Part shown: in pieces, positions 1 through 14,869 of the stretch
How positions within the stretch are numbered: position 1 is the first letter of the stretch
Layout of the letters: each line of letters opens with the position of its first letter
Assembly: GCF_009914755.1 (NCBI RefSeq)
Contig: NC_060933.1
Direction: 5' to 3' (one strand)
DNA length: 64,000 bases
Source of the DNA: the human T2T-CHM13v2.0 reference genome, Homo sapiens
Program-made: the position numbers and the translations under genes
Notes under the pieces: generated by a model
What the model was told of the DNA's origin: nothing
The model's input: the letters and a program-made list of their open reading frames with translations, nothing else
Database searches by the model: none

Positions 1-904
1 CTAGTGGTGAGCAACCCTGTTTCATGAGTGCCAATTCAGTAAAACAAAAAATGTTAGTACAATGGTTTTATGTGGAATTTTATTATAGATTCATATTTTG
101 TACAATCTACTTTTTAATTTGATAATTCACAACCTGCTCAATTTCTTTCCTTAACACTAATACCATATTCCGATGAAGAAATGTACTTTGCTTTATTTAA
201 CCCAGCTACTCTTGGTGACTATGGATTATTTCTAGCCTTTCAATAATGTAAACAGTATTTCAATGAACAGGGAAGGACTTAATGCTTTGAGCAAAATTTA
301 TGTGAGTTAAGCATTAGCAGTGCTGAAGGTAGAGTGGAGTAACGATGAAGAGATTTAACAGTGGGGATATTAATTGTCACCATAGTTCATACTGAGACAC
401 TACAGCTTCATTTGGAGATGTCTAACTGCAGGGGAGAAAGAGAAGGAAGGGAAGCTGCCATTTCACAGGGGGTGGTGGCAGGAGAGTGGGGCAGCATCTG
501 AGACTGACAGCATGCCACAGAGGTGGTGGATGGAAGACACTATGCAGATAAGCAACTTCTTCTTTTTATTTATTAAGTATCCAGAGGATATATTCTTGCC
601 ACAGTACTTCCTTGGGAAAGGGAGTAGTGATGGTAATGGTGGTGGAGGTGTGGGAGTTATTCCTGCCTGCATCTGTGTCTCTTTCGCTTCTTCATCCCAG
701 ACTGAATCCTGTACCATTTGTGCAAAGATTCAAATATCACAGCCTTAGCAGCAGTCTCTGCTCTTCAGTCATGTTTGTGGTATGAGCAGCTTTTGCAGCC
801 TAAGTCCAGAGGTGAGGAAAGGACTTGTTGGAATAAATCAGGTAGGGGAGAACATTTTTACTGCATGTGTTAATGAAATAGTGAGTAGGAATAATTTATC
901 ATCA

Positions 905-1085
905 GATATTGTTGGGTATGAATCCTGCCTTTACCTTTTATTAGCTATATGGCTTTGGACAAGTCATCTACCTTCTTTTAGCCCAATTTCCTCATCTGTA
1001 TGGATGCAGTAAAGTTTAAGTGAGGAAAATTCAATTTAAAGCAGATAGCATAGTCCCTAGACTATAGCAGGTATGTAATACATGT
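905..1085 (+). mobile_element. MIR SINE fragment
   Basis: ttagctatatggctttggacaagtca...aatttcctcatctgta resembles the MIR core. Confidence 0.7.
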
Positions 1086-1531
1086 TAATTATGTTATTTG
1101 TTGACATTGACATTTTTATTTTCTGTTCCTGAAATTATATCTATGGTCTTACCATGAAGTGAAATAAGTCTTTTATCACCTTTAGGCTAATGGTTAATCA
1201 TCATTTAAAACACAAACCATAGGAGATAAATATATACCCATATTCATTTACATTCTTATTTGCCAATTGATTTACCTCCATTAATTATATGCCTTCAGGT
1301 CATGCACAGAAAAAAACCTAGTTGAAATATAATTTAAGGAAACATTGATAGGTTTTGTTTGGTTGGCATTGTTAAAATTTTCTGTTTTTTTGGCATTTTT
1401 TAGGCAGCAGTTTTTTGATAGAATATCATGGTAAACTCACTTCTTGAGTTTGAAAAATATTAATAGATTCTGACAAAATATTCTGAAAGTAAGCTATGAA
1501 TAACATCATATATTTTATATACATGTTATTT

Positions 1532-1583
1532 GTCTATCTATCTGTCTATCTGTCTATCTATCTATCTATCTATGTATCTATCC
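1532..1583. repeat. Imperfect (TCTA/TCTG)n microsatellite
   Basis: Direct inspection. Confidence 0.9.
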
Positions 1584-2138
1584 ATGCAATTGGCTGGAGT
1601 AGGCTTGTATTCAGTTGTGATTGAGAAAATTGAGTCCTAGCTGGCCAAATTTCCCATACTGAGTTCACAACAGACCTGAACTCTGTTAAGATTCTTGGCT
1701 TGCCACTGGATACACCAGTGGTTGAATCACACTAGCTTCTGATCTGATTAGGGATCAAAATATCAAGTTGAGGCTAAATCATAAAAATCCAACTTTCAAC
1801 TTAATTTATTTACACTGTGCCTGTGGAGCTAAAATACGTATATTTTAGACACAAAAGGAGCCCTCTTGGGGGACTACCTGCAACTTCATACACAGATAAA
1901 TATTTATTGAGCATGAAAATAAGATTCTTCACAGAGCAAACCATCATTAACTTAGTTCTCTGTATTCCAAATGTGAGTCCATTTAACCTACATGAACTTT
2001 TAAAATAATATTAATGTGTCTACGTGAACACAGAGTTAATAGACATGTATGCTGATAATTGTTTATAATTACCCAAGATATATATGTATATAAATACACA
2101 CATAAATATTTATAGATATCTTATGACACATTTATTGA

Positions 2139-2395
2139 CATAGAAAGTATGTATCTATGTATTTATTTATACATAGAAAGTATCTATGTATTTATTTATA
2201 CATAGAAAGTATCTATGTATTTATTTATACATAGAAAGTATCTATGTATTTATTTATACATAGAAAGTATCTATGTATTTATTTATACATAGAAAGTATC
2301 TATGTATTTATTTATATATAGAAAGTATCTATGTATTTATTTATACATAGACAGTATCTATGTATTTATTTATACATAGAAAGTATCTATGTATT
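2139..2395. repeat. 29-bp minisatellite (CATAGAAAGTATCTATGTATTTATTTATA), 8 full copies plus a partial
   Basis: Units start at 2139, 2172, 2201, 2230, 2259, 2288, 2317, 2346 and 2375. Confidence 0.97.
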
Positions 2396-3289
2396 GGTAT
2401 AGCAAATATCTTAATACTTGCTAAGAAGGTTAATAACGTAAACAAAGGTATAAGCCAATTTTCCCTTAATTTAAGAGAAAGGTTGGCAAAAATTTGACAT
2501 ATTCTCTGTTTGTATTAAAATAAAGGAAATGATCTTAGACTTTCATTAAGGCAAACTCAGCACGGTATCTAATTGAAAACACTTTGCTGTATTTAATATG
2601 AATTACTGTATCTCTTTGAAAGTAATACAACTGCAGTTATTTTAAAAGTTCTGTAAAGATGCCACCTCAAAATTATTTTAGAAGTAGGTGAGAAAATAAA
2701 TAAATAAGTTACATGTATATTTGTTCAGTTTTTGACTTATCAATCTGAATTAGCAAAGCCTTGATGATTTTCCTATGGTTTCTTGAATTGGAGAACATTC
2801 AGGAAGGGAAAGAATATACCATTCCCCCCACCCTGCCAATTTCCACTAATTGTCGTGCACTGTGTGTCTGATCCATATAAGACCCACTGAATGATTCTAA
2901 TCCAACTCCATAATATACCACCAGGGATCCAAAACCACCTAGGCTGGGGCAGCATCATCTGTCTCGTATTCCCTCACAGTGTCTTCCTACTCAAGGATCC
3001 TACATCTCTGAGACTCGGTTCCACTATGGGCATCATGGTCTTAGGTGTTATTTGCTTTAATGAAAGCAAATTATATACAATGATCTATGCAAAATACATA
3101 CAATAATTATATACAATGTCCTGGCTCAAACACTCTGGGTCACCTTTGGACATAATTTCAACTGCAAATGAGAGGTGCTCCCACCCTCTACCTCAATCCT
3201 ACTGGTCTCATATTGGCCACCTCTGCTTCAATAGATGTCATAATCAAGTCCATTTACTTACTCAATAATTATCCAAATGGGGAGTTGCC

Positions 3290-3900
3290 ATTTGCTTAGG
3301 CCCTAGGAACAGGGTGCATAAGAAAGGTTTAGTCTCTACTCTCATGGAGTTTATAGTCCAGTGGTAGATAGAATAAGAACTTCAGCTGGATATTTCACAT
3401 CCATTATCCTCTTTAATCTTCTCACATGAGAAGACAGAAGCCATGAGAGGCTAAGTAACTTGCAGAGCTTCACAAAACTAATATGTAATGGAATCAGACA
3501 CCAAACAGAGCTGTCCAATGCCAGATTGTCCTTTATAGCATACCACATTGCCCCCAACAGGGGTTTTTCTCCTATTTGTTCCACAGCATCTAGTATAAGA
3601 ATGATTTTGAAAGGTCATATCAAAAACGTTGATTTCAAAGTAATCACGTCAGAGCACTATACTCTTATTCCAATGATGCTGCCATTTTTCATTCATTAGT
3701 CGAACAACATTTACTGAATATTTACTGTTCACCCAGCACTCTGCTAGGTTCTGAGGATACAGTGTTAAGCAAGATAAAGTGGGACAGTTAACAAACAGAT
3801 TGCATGACAATTACAGATTGTGTTAAGTCCTAGGAGGGGAATAAACTGGGTGGAAATGAAAATTTGCTCCTGAAAGCCTCTGTGGACAGTATAAGTGTCT
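3290..3900 (-). mobile_element. Cluster of L2 3'-end and MIR fragments
   Basis: ttcattcattagtcgaacaacatttactgaatatttactg (L2 tail) and gagaggctaagtaacttgc (MIR). Confidence 0.65.
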
Positions 3901-4069
3901 TTAAAATGTAAAAATTTTTGTGTGGGAGTGGTACTCATTGAGGTACTCATCTCACTTGAGGCCGCAGACAGCAGCAGCACATGTGGAGCAAATATTGCTA
4001 TTGTGATATTGTCACCACTATTGTCTCATGTCTGAAATATTCTCATTCTTACTTGGGTTATTAAGTATT

Positions 4070-4800
4070 TTCCCATTACATAAATAATACATGAATGTTG
4101 TAAAAAATATGAGGTAGAAATAATACAATAAATATTTCCTTAATTATACTGCCCAGGTAACAGTGCTGTGATATTTTATATACGTTGCATTATATGCATT
4201 GCGTGATATTTCCTTCCAGTCGTGTCCCTTTATAGCATGTACATATGCATATTACAAAATTGAAAATGTAGTATGTGGTTTTGTATCCTGACTTTTCACT
4301 TAACATTATATTTTGATTTTTTGACACCTTAAAAGGCTCTTCAATATCATTTCTTCAGGCTGCATTTTATAGCATATGGAATATTATAAGTTAGTAATTG
4401 TGCTACATATTGGACACTTACATGGTTTCCAAGTTTTTGCTATTTTAAGTAAGGCTGCAGTGAGTCTTTGCAATAAGTTGTTGTCCACATACTATATTAT
4501 GTGGACAGATTCCTAGAAGTGAAAGTCAAGGGCGAAAGGGCATAAACTCTGTTAAGGCTCTTGATCCAAATGGCCAAAATGATTTATGAGCATTGCATAA
4601 ACCCAGCTTCCCAGTAATAGTGTTTGCTGGTGCTCATCTTAATGTGCTTCCACTAAGGTTGAGAAATATCACTAAAATAAATCTAATGTGATGGGCAAAA
4701 ATGTCTCATTTCTGTTTTAATTTAGCATTTCTTTAATTACAGGTATGATTTAAATTTCTTTATTAATTGTCGCATTTATTTATTTCCTGAATTACTGTTA
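4070..4800 (-). mobile_element. Ancient L1M(E)-type fragment
   Basis: tggacacttacatggtttccaagtttttgctatt...gattcctagaagtg is typical of an antisense L1 3' region. Confidence 0.6.
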
Positions 4801-5929
4801 CTATTCTTTATTTATTTGATTTTAAGGTTACTTATATATACCTTGCTATCTTCCCGAAAAGATTTAAGGCAGCTTAAAGGTCGCATAACATACAAGGTAG
4901 CAAAAATTAAAACAGAGTGAACTAAGAAAGAAAATACAAAGTCAGGAATGATGCTTAAAATGCATACCACAATGACAATTAATCTGTTTTTAGTAGGCAA
5001 GAAATTTGTCTCCAAACTCCTCTCTATAAGTTAGCTCAGTAAGGGAATCTTGTCACCGTGTTCACCTTGACAATGGGTGGGGGGAATGATTGTTCAAGAT
5101 AAATATAATTATTGGTATTAAAATACGAAGAGATTTTAACTATTGTTACTATTATTTTGTGCCCCTTAGGTGTCAGACACTATGCAAGGTGCTTTACTTG
5201 AATTATTTAATGTAATCTCTGTAACTAGTTAATGGAGGTGGGAGTGCTATTTAACTTCATTTAAAATAGTGCTCGGCATGTGGGAAATGGTCAATGAATA
5301 TTAGCTTTTCTTTTATTATTACCAATATTAAGCATTTCAATATCTAGAAAAGTAAATACCTTGAGCCTTTTTGAAAAGATTAACATTAATATATTATATG
5401 TAAATATACTAATATATGTTTTTAAAATATTAATCAAAGAAACAAAAAAGTCCTTTGGGATTTTGATTGAAGTTGCCTCAAACCTATAAACTAATCAAGG
5501 AATTTTGACATCTTTAAGTATTCAGTCTCCCAACTTGGTAATATGGTAGTTATTTTATCCCAACTATCTTTTATGTGTTGGTACATTAACAAATTTTTTC
5601 TTTTAACCCAATTTTTATAGAGGACATTTCCATGATCTATCATGAACTTTTGTTGCTACACTGAATAGGATATTTCTCCTATTATGTTTTCTATTTGGAA
5701 GTACATGGAGCCTGTAGGAAGTACAGCTCTCCCTACAGTATGACATTCCTTGGATTTTTCTTCTTCTGAGAAATGGTTTATCTAGAATGTCTAGTGATCA
5801 AAACCCTCTATCTTGTTACTTGTCTGACTCTCATTCCCATTTTCCTGGCTTTCCAATGTCATAGTTGATGAGACAGTTGCACTCCCCTCTGTCTAGCCTC
5901 GGGGATTCTGCACCTGCAGCCCCATCCCC

Positions 5930-6260
5930 CTAAAATGCTCTTCTCTAACATCCTCATCAACGTCCCTTTAACTCATTTATCTCATTCAGATCTTAGACAG
6001 ACCTTCTTTCCCCATTCAGATCAGGTCTCCTGCCAGGCTCCTAGATTATGCTATATTTTACTTCTCAGTAATTTAGCATGGCTTAAATCAATCATTGACT
6101 AATTTATGTGCTCCTTTGATTAATGTTTTTCTTTCCTACTAAATTCCATGTTGCAAGGACAGTGTCTATTTTGCTTACTCTTAAATTCCCAGGCACCTCG
6201 CATGGTGCTTGGGCTAGAAGTTGCTGTTATTGAATGAATTAAGAAAGAATGAATGAGTGG
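5930..6260 (+). mobile_element. L2 3' end
   Basis: aaggacagtgtctattttgcttact...gcatggtgcttgg...tgaatgaa tail. Confidence 0.65.
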
Positions 6261-8158
6261 ATTGGTGTAACTCAGTTTCTTTCCCCTCACCTCAAATTCC
6301 ATTTCAGTGTCTTGTTTGCCTTAGAGTTATGGCATCCTTCCCTTCTTTGTGGCAGCTTTCATTATATGAATTCATATGTTTTATTGGGCAGCCACAAGCT
6401 GTTATATGACAATCAATAAAGGTGTTTTTTCTTATTTTGGGAAATGCTTCTCATTTCCTACTAAGGCTCTGCCAATGTCCTTTTTTTAAATATTTTTGGT
6501 TAAAGTTTGCCCTTGCCCTCACAGCATGTCTATTTAATTTTTAATATTTACTTGAATGTTCGCCAGGACTGTGTTTCTAAAACAGTACTGTCATTTGCCT
6601 GTACAACAATGATACTAGCTTCCTATTCCCTCTACAGAGCTGAATTTTTCTTTTTCTTTTTTTTTTTTTATTAGATACTTCTCAGGGCTAAAAGGGGAGA
6701 AGCTGGAAAAGAAGTACTAGAAAGTCCACTAAAATCAGCAAATAGCTAATTTTGAGTGTTCATGTATCCTTTCAGCTGAGCCAGTTCAACTCCATAAGGG
6801 GAAGTGGAGCTTTATTTTCCAGTGAACTTTATGTTCTGTGAAGTTATTTTCTCATCCCATCTTAGATACCAGCAGAACATATGCCAATGGCTGAAATGTC
6901 CTGTGAGTTCCCAGATCCACTCCTTAGACTGCAGACCCAAAGAGAAACCTCACTGGATAAAAACACAGCTGCAGTTTCTATCCACTTGTCAATCATCCCC
7001 AAATGCTAAAATAACATGATTTGGATGATGAGGTAGTAGATGCTTGCTTCCATCTCTCTACTTTATTTTCTGCATTGCCTATAATGAATAGTGCTATTTT
7101 ACATTGAGGAAATATCCAAATAAGTTCTATTAAATATATCACTCATAAATTCCTGCTTTCATGGTCTCATGCTTCAAGAGCCCACCCACTCTGAAGCGTG
7201 GAGCTTGCTTCCCAGATGAGTTGGTAGGAGGCCGTGAGAAGCAACATATATTACTTTTATTGTAAAATAAATTATTCTAGCAAAAAGAGTTAAGTGAGGA
7301 TAGAATCATCCTCTTGAACCTCGTTTGCACAGCAGGCCAGTTCCTCTCTCTTGGGGTTATCTGCAAGAGCAGCCAGGAACAAGATTATTTTTTTCTTCTG
7401 ACCCCCTATCAGGAAAAAAAATTTCAACCTCCTGTGGCTGCTGCAACATGCAGTGAATCATAAGTTTATCTTTCTTGCGCAGGCTCTTGCTTTTAATTTT
7501 ATTTCTGATTCAAAGTAGTTGGTTAAAGCCAATGAATTTCCGCCCTAAAATGGTGATAAAATATTCACCCTCTTAATTCTTAACAGTTTTATTAATTGTG
7601 TTAAATATATAGCCAGCATTCTAAACAATTAGGATCAAGAAGAAAAATGGAGCTATTATATTCATTGTAAGTTATCTGCTATCAGGGTTACAGATACGTA
7701 GCCAGGGCTCAACTTGCAGACAGACGGTGTATAAATACAGAGGATCACAAATCTTACCTTGTAAGTCAATAGGTTTTTCATCCGAACATATTTTCCCATA
7801 TAAATATTTTATAAGTGGTGTTTAGATTCCAAGACTAATACCAAAAAAAACAGCTTAAATTTTGAGCTAGAAATATAAACTATTTACACAAAAGTAAGAA
7901 AACACTGTTATTATAATTTAAAATATTACATGCAACAGAAATGTAGTTTTAAGAAAATAGTAGATAGAACTTTGGGGAGTTTCATTTTTAGATTTGGGGT
8001 GTCTGGATCGCCTCTAAGAGGTAAAAACATCAATTCCTTGGAGCACATTTCTCAGTAAAATTCTTCTATTATTTTCAAAGTTTTAGGGCACACAATTATA
8101 ACAGAAAGACTTGGAGAGATTATCTCAAGATAACCAAAGAAGAGTTAAAGGAGAAAGG

Positions 8159-8233
8159 AGGCAGGTGTTCAAGAGCATTAATGGGGAAGCACAGCAGGCA
8201 GGTGTTCAAGAGCATTAATGGGGAAGTACAGCA
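8159..8233. repeat. 37-bp tandem duplication (2 copies)
   Basis: AGGCAGGTGTTCAAGAGCATTAATGGGGAAG(C/T)ACAGC at 8159 and 8196. Confidence 0.95.
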
Positions 8234-8613
8234 AAACTTTCTTGAGATGAATTCACTGAGGTGAGTTTTATGTAGTGAAAACGGGATGAAAATGGCAACA
8301 TGGTGTAAGGGGAACCATCCTAATATCCAGTAGATAAAAGGATATGAAGAGAAATAAAGCAGATAATAAGTCAGTGGTGGAAGAATCTTTAGAGTGTGGC
8401 CATTACTCCATATAAAATGTCACCTCCCATTAAGATTGGGGGAATTTTCGGCTTACGGCAGAAAAACAAATGTCCCAAAAGAACCACAGAGATCTATGAC
8501 TTCTCCATAGGCACTAAATTCTCCCTGATTAAAATTAAAATGCTATCAAAGTGAATTTGAAAAGTGAAAAGGGAATTTTGAAAAATACTCAAAAAATTAA
8601 ATCACATAAACCT

Positions 8614-8661
8614 ATTACTTTCAAAGGCAAAAACTGCAATTACTTTTGCACCAACTTAATA
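8614..8661. mobile_element. Half MADE1 (Hsmar1-derived MITE), one terminal inverted repeat
   Basis: ggcaaaaactgcaattacttttgcaccaacttaata matches the Hsmar1/MADE1 TIR ending in TA. Confidence 0.88.
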
Positions 8662-9139
8662 GTTTCATCAGACATTAAGACACATGCATGTGTGCATGCA
8701 TGCTAATTCTCATGGTTTGTTCTGGGCATGAATCTGCCTCTATTTTTTTCTGATAACCCCTGACAAGAAGGTAGGCATATGATTCCCATAGTCACCTCAG
8801 AAAATTAGAATTCAAAGTATAGAGTGGCATTTGTGGAACTGCATGAATTTATGAGTCACCTTTCCTCTTCATCTTTCACCTCGTCTCTCCACAAATCCTA
8901 TACACCAACATCCTGGGACTCCTTATTCATGGTGCATTCCTTCAAACAGAAATTTTTCTCCCTATCACCTTCTCCCCTGGGGATCGCATACTCCCCTAGG
9001 GCTTTAATAAACAGTATGGCCTCCCTCTGCCAGGATTCTTACTAGCTTCAATCTCTCTCTTGAACTCTGGCTCCATGTTTCCAAATATCTGTTGGATTTA
9101 ACCTAAATGTTCAAAACAGATTTAAAAATGCCACGTATG

Positions 9140-9445
9140 CTATAGAGCTGGAGGCCATTACTCTTAGCAAACTAACACAGGAAGGGAAAACCAAATACCG
9201 CATGTTCTTTCTTACAAGTTGGAGCTAAGTGATGAGAACTCATGGACACATAGAGGGGAATACACACTGGGGCCTATAGGAGGGTAGAGGGTGGGAGGAG
9301 GGAGAGGATCAGGAAAAACAACTGATGGGTACTAGTCTTAATACCTGGGCAAGGAAATAATCTATACAACAAACCCCCATGACAGAAGTTTACCTATGTA
9401 ACAAACCTGCACATGTACCCCTAAACTTAAATTAAAAGTTTAAAA
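9140..9445 (+). mobile_element. L1PA13-16-type 3' end inserted in an L2 relic
   Basis: gagggtgggaggagggagaggatcagg...gtttacctatgtaacaaacctgcacatgtacccc; degenerate TSD aaaa(t)atgccaYgYatg. Confidence 0.88.
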
Positions 9446-10000
9446 TATGCCATGCATGAAACTGAACTGACTACCATATTTTCTAGCCCGTGAACTGCTG
9501 TTTCTGTGCTTCCTTGAATGTACCAGCATCTTCTCAGACACTCAGGCCTGCAGCTCTGAAGGTGTGACTCTTTGTTGCCTCTCCCAACCAATTAATTGCC
9601 AAGTCCTACTGATTGGAATGCAATATTTCTCACATCCTTTCTTCAGTGACCAAATCTATATCAGTGACCAAAGCTATAATTTCAGCTCTATTCATTTTCT
9701 TTCTCTTGTAATCTTGTTTGCCTGCTGCTGAAGCAGCCATCCTAAATGGATACCACTATACTGTGCTATTCTATTGTTCAAAAATGGCCATGGATCTATA
9801 TTGAAGTTCACTCTTCTTAGCCTGACATCAAAGATCCTCTGTTATCTCAATTAAGCTTACTTTTTCCAGACTTGGATCTTATCTCCTTCCACTCCTGTAA
9901 CCTATGCTGTAGCTAAATTAGATTCCTCATATTTTGCCTGTGCTTTATACTTCGTATTACCTATATACTTTATACTATATACCTATATACTTTATATTAT

Positions 10001-10104
10001 AAGGAGCAGAATGAATTACTTGGAGGTAATACATTATATTACAAAATAGGTATACTTTATAGGTAATATAAAGTATTACCTCCAAGCAATTCATTCTGCT
10101 CCTT
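10001..10104. repeat. Inverted repeat: 42-bp arms (2 mismatches) with a 20-nt spacer
   Basis: 10001-10042 is the reverse complement of 10063-10104 except at two positions. Confidence 0.95.
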
Positions 10105-12726
10105 CACTTAGGATGTCCATTTCTCCTCCCTGGACACACATTCTGAATTCTTACTATTCTTTAAGAATAGGCACAAATATTACCTTATTAATTAAACTTT
10201 CTTCCATTGTAATGAGTTGAAGGTGATCATTCTTTCCTTGAACTTGGACAGTACTTCATCTGTTGCTAAACTTTGGCGTATTTGTAACCTTCTAAGTTGC
10301 TTCTCCTTTTGTTTATGTCTTTTCTTCCCTAATTGATTGAAGTCAAACAATTTGACTCATTTACCTCTGAATTGCTCTACCTTATTTAGTATAAGAAATG
10401 GTATAGGCCCTCCTCAAGGAATTTAGCATTAACAGGAGAGAAAACACTCATGTGAGTAACTACGGTATAATAAGAGTACATTCTGAGTGACTGAGGGATG
10501 TGGAAATAATTTTTATCTTGTATCTCTGTTTGAGAGTGAGGACATTATGTAGTCCACATAATATGACATATTTGGATGAAAACTAAAAAATTCTATCACA
10601 ACAATTATTCCTCCTAAATCCCGGGGTCAAGCATTGCTTAGCTAAGTAATCTGGGTGTCTTTTTATGGAAAGAAGTGAACCTACAAAAGAGATATTTTAC
10701 CGTAGAAACAACGCTAGTACACACATGCACATTTTTAGGAAACTTAGTGGAAATTCATTTATTATCTCAAATTGAAAATAGTTTAGATTTAGGTTTGTCC
10801 CATTTCATTAAGAACTCACTAGTTGTAATGCAAAGTTGACTTTGTCCAGTTCTGCTGGCTTTGTGTTGTGGACTGGGTTAGACTTATTAAAAAATTTCAC
10901 TCTTTATTCTGGTAGAGTCAGAGATGAAATGATTATTTCTTTTTGCTTAAAAATAATTTCACTGCTGCGTATAGCTTGTCTTTATAATTTTATTTTTAAT
11001 ACTTTAGCATAATCACTCTTAGAGCTTTTTCATGCATAGCATCCCTGGCTTAATTTTGGCAATCACTCGTTCTGATAAATAAAGCTCTAGTTAGTATTGT
11101 GTTCATCTTTTTACATAAGATAATGGCCTGAAATCTCCACAACAGGCATATATTAGATTTTTTTTTTTACTAGATCAGACTAAATACTTTTAATTTTGAG
11201 CTAATAATTTAGGAGTCACTTTGTTGAGATTCTCACAAATAATCTAAGTTTCTAGTGAGGCTGAAAACCTTCAGAAGATTTACAGGACTCCTGGGGCAAA
11301 GAATAAACAAAGGCTGCTGATGCCAGTGCAGAATGTGAATGCAGAAGCATCACCAACATCTCCCTTTAGGGTGATGCGTTTATTTATGCTAATGATTTTA
11401 TTTGTGTTCACTGAATTCCAGCTCCTAACATAAAGCCCTGAGTATTCATTGAGAAGTTACAAAATTTCTTGCCTAGTCAATGAGGCATTGTTGGCTGAAT
11501 CCTCTCATGAGGTTCATGTCACTTATCAGAAGGTTTGCAATATATGGGTCAAATTTCTTACATTCTTTTGGTTGCAAAACAGAACTTACATCCAATTGAA
11601 ACCATCTATGAAAAATCTTTAAAGCTGCCACCAGCCCTCTGGGGCATTCTATCATTTAGTAAAGATAGCTACAAATGTCCTACTTGTTGATGGTCTATGA
11701 AATTAATTTTAAATGTTTAATAGTAACTTATAGTAAATAGATCAATACATTGAGACTTGGTGTGACAAGGGGCATTTGGAAAAGCCTGTGAATGTTTTAT
11801 AATATGAAAGGCTCAGCTTAGCTTAAGTTGCTTTAGACATGGTATGTCCTGAGTGTGCCTGCTGAATTGAACCTTTCTCCAATCTCTACTTAATGTATCC
11901 TACATGTTGGAATGCACTGCAGCTTCAGATCTGCACTCTGTTTCCCATCAGGACTGCAGTACTCCCCTGAGCTCTGTTCTAATTGCCTTGGTCCTTGACA
12001 GTCCCCTCTCTCTAGTCCTATTGGGCTGGACTAATTTTCTGTACCCCAGCTCACTTAGAGGGGCCCTGGTTCAATCCAGAGAGAACATGGAATGGCTGTC
12101 CTTACCTAAGTATTACCTGCTTTGGCTGTTTACCTGCACTCTACACTTCCTCTTCCTTCTTCCCTTAGGGTCAGATGTCTAGGATATCAAGGGTACCCTG
12201 GATAGACAAAATCTTCTTGAATGTCCTTGGACTGCTGGCACTCTCCCTTCTATGCAAGGTAGTCAGCTGAGCAGCTCCCCTTACTTTATAGGCCTTAGCT
12301 AATTCTGCCATCTCAGTTAGTCTGATACTCCTTGTTCTACACTCAGTGAGTTCCCTAGCAGTTGACTTTGGTGCTTATAATAAAATTTAATTCTTTCCAT
12401 TGTATCACTTTTTAGTGATGAAAAAGATTCTTTGCTATTTAAAATATGGATCTTCCAATTTATTTTTATTAATTCCCAAGATAAGTAATTCATCAGTTTT
12501 TAAGGTGTGCTTTGGGTGAAAATACCTTATAAGACCATTCCCTGATAGGTGTGCTATCAGATGGTCAAATAATACAAGGAAAAGATGCATTAATAGATAT
12601 TTCTATCAGAAAGACCTACTCTAGAAAAGACACTCCCCAAAACTTCTCAGTCTTTTTGTTTCATTTATGAAACAAACAATGAAATATTTAGTTAAACCAG
12701 GCAACAGACTTTTGGACTAGTCTCTA

Positions 12727-13977
<1,251 letters not shown>

Positions 13978-14869
13978 TTAATAAAAATAAATTCGAATTT
14001 TTATTTAAAAAGACAGTGCCTATAATTTCTTCAAATGTTAATAAGCTGGACTCATTCTCTATTATAGGAGTAAAGTCCTATTGCACTAAGCAAATGAGAT
14101 TTCACTCTCAGGTTCTAATATTCTAGCCAGGTGCTTGACTCTTAGTCTTACTCCAAATGTTTTAATTCCTAGTTAAGAGATGTGTTAACCATTTTCTGTT
14201 GTAAACTGTTAATTGCATATTCTCACAACTTTTCAAGCTATGGAGGTTTTCAGCATCTTTAACATATCCTATTTCTATTGTTGACTATGTTCAATTGTAA
14301 CTACACCTTCTATTTATCTATGTATCTATCGATCTATCTAGATATTTGGCACAGGGAATGAGATTAAAAAGTATGCATATACTTTAATAATTGCTTAAAC
14401 ACTGCATTCATAACATTAGAAAATAGCCAAATCTTGTTACCAATGTTTCTTCTTGTGGAATGAAATCAGTTAACATATCTGTCCCCGTGAGGCTAGTTGA
14501 AGCTGCATGTTGGATCTCATCCATGGAACAAAGGAAAAGATGATAAATCAACTTGCACTTTTAAGGATAGCCTCAGGCTAGCCTCCCTCCAAGTCATTAG
14601 AGAGAAACAATTGGCCCTGGTTCTAGAGAGAGCTTATGCCAGAAGCCACAAAAAGGAAAATTACCAACTAAATAATATAGTGATTCCTAACCCTGTGAAC
14701 TAGGGCACTTACAGTATATGTTCTGATATGGACTAGACAGAAAAACTAGACTAATATGGCTTGGTCTTAGCCTATGTCTTTTTTGAGTCTGGGAAGATTA
14801 GACAGTAAGAGGTAACATATAAGCTTGTGGCATATTAATGGCAATAATAAAGATTAATGTGGCTTGTGG

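Noticed and set aside
2139-2395. CRISPR-like array (29-bp palindromic repeats)
   Set aside because: There are no spacers or cas genes and the context is a mammalian intron; it is a head-to-tail minisatellite.
11880-12410. Possible old LTR downstream of exon 3
   Set aside because: Composition is suggestive, but I could not assign termini or a family.
12542-12560. Short hairpin ctgatag-gtgtg-ctatcag (similar ones near 1702 and 42611)
   Set aside because: Stems of 7-10 bp are expected by chance in 64 kb of AT-rich DNA.
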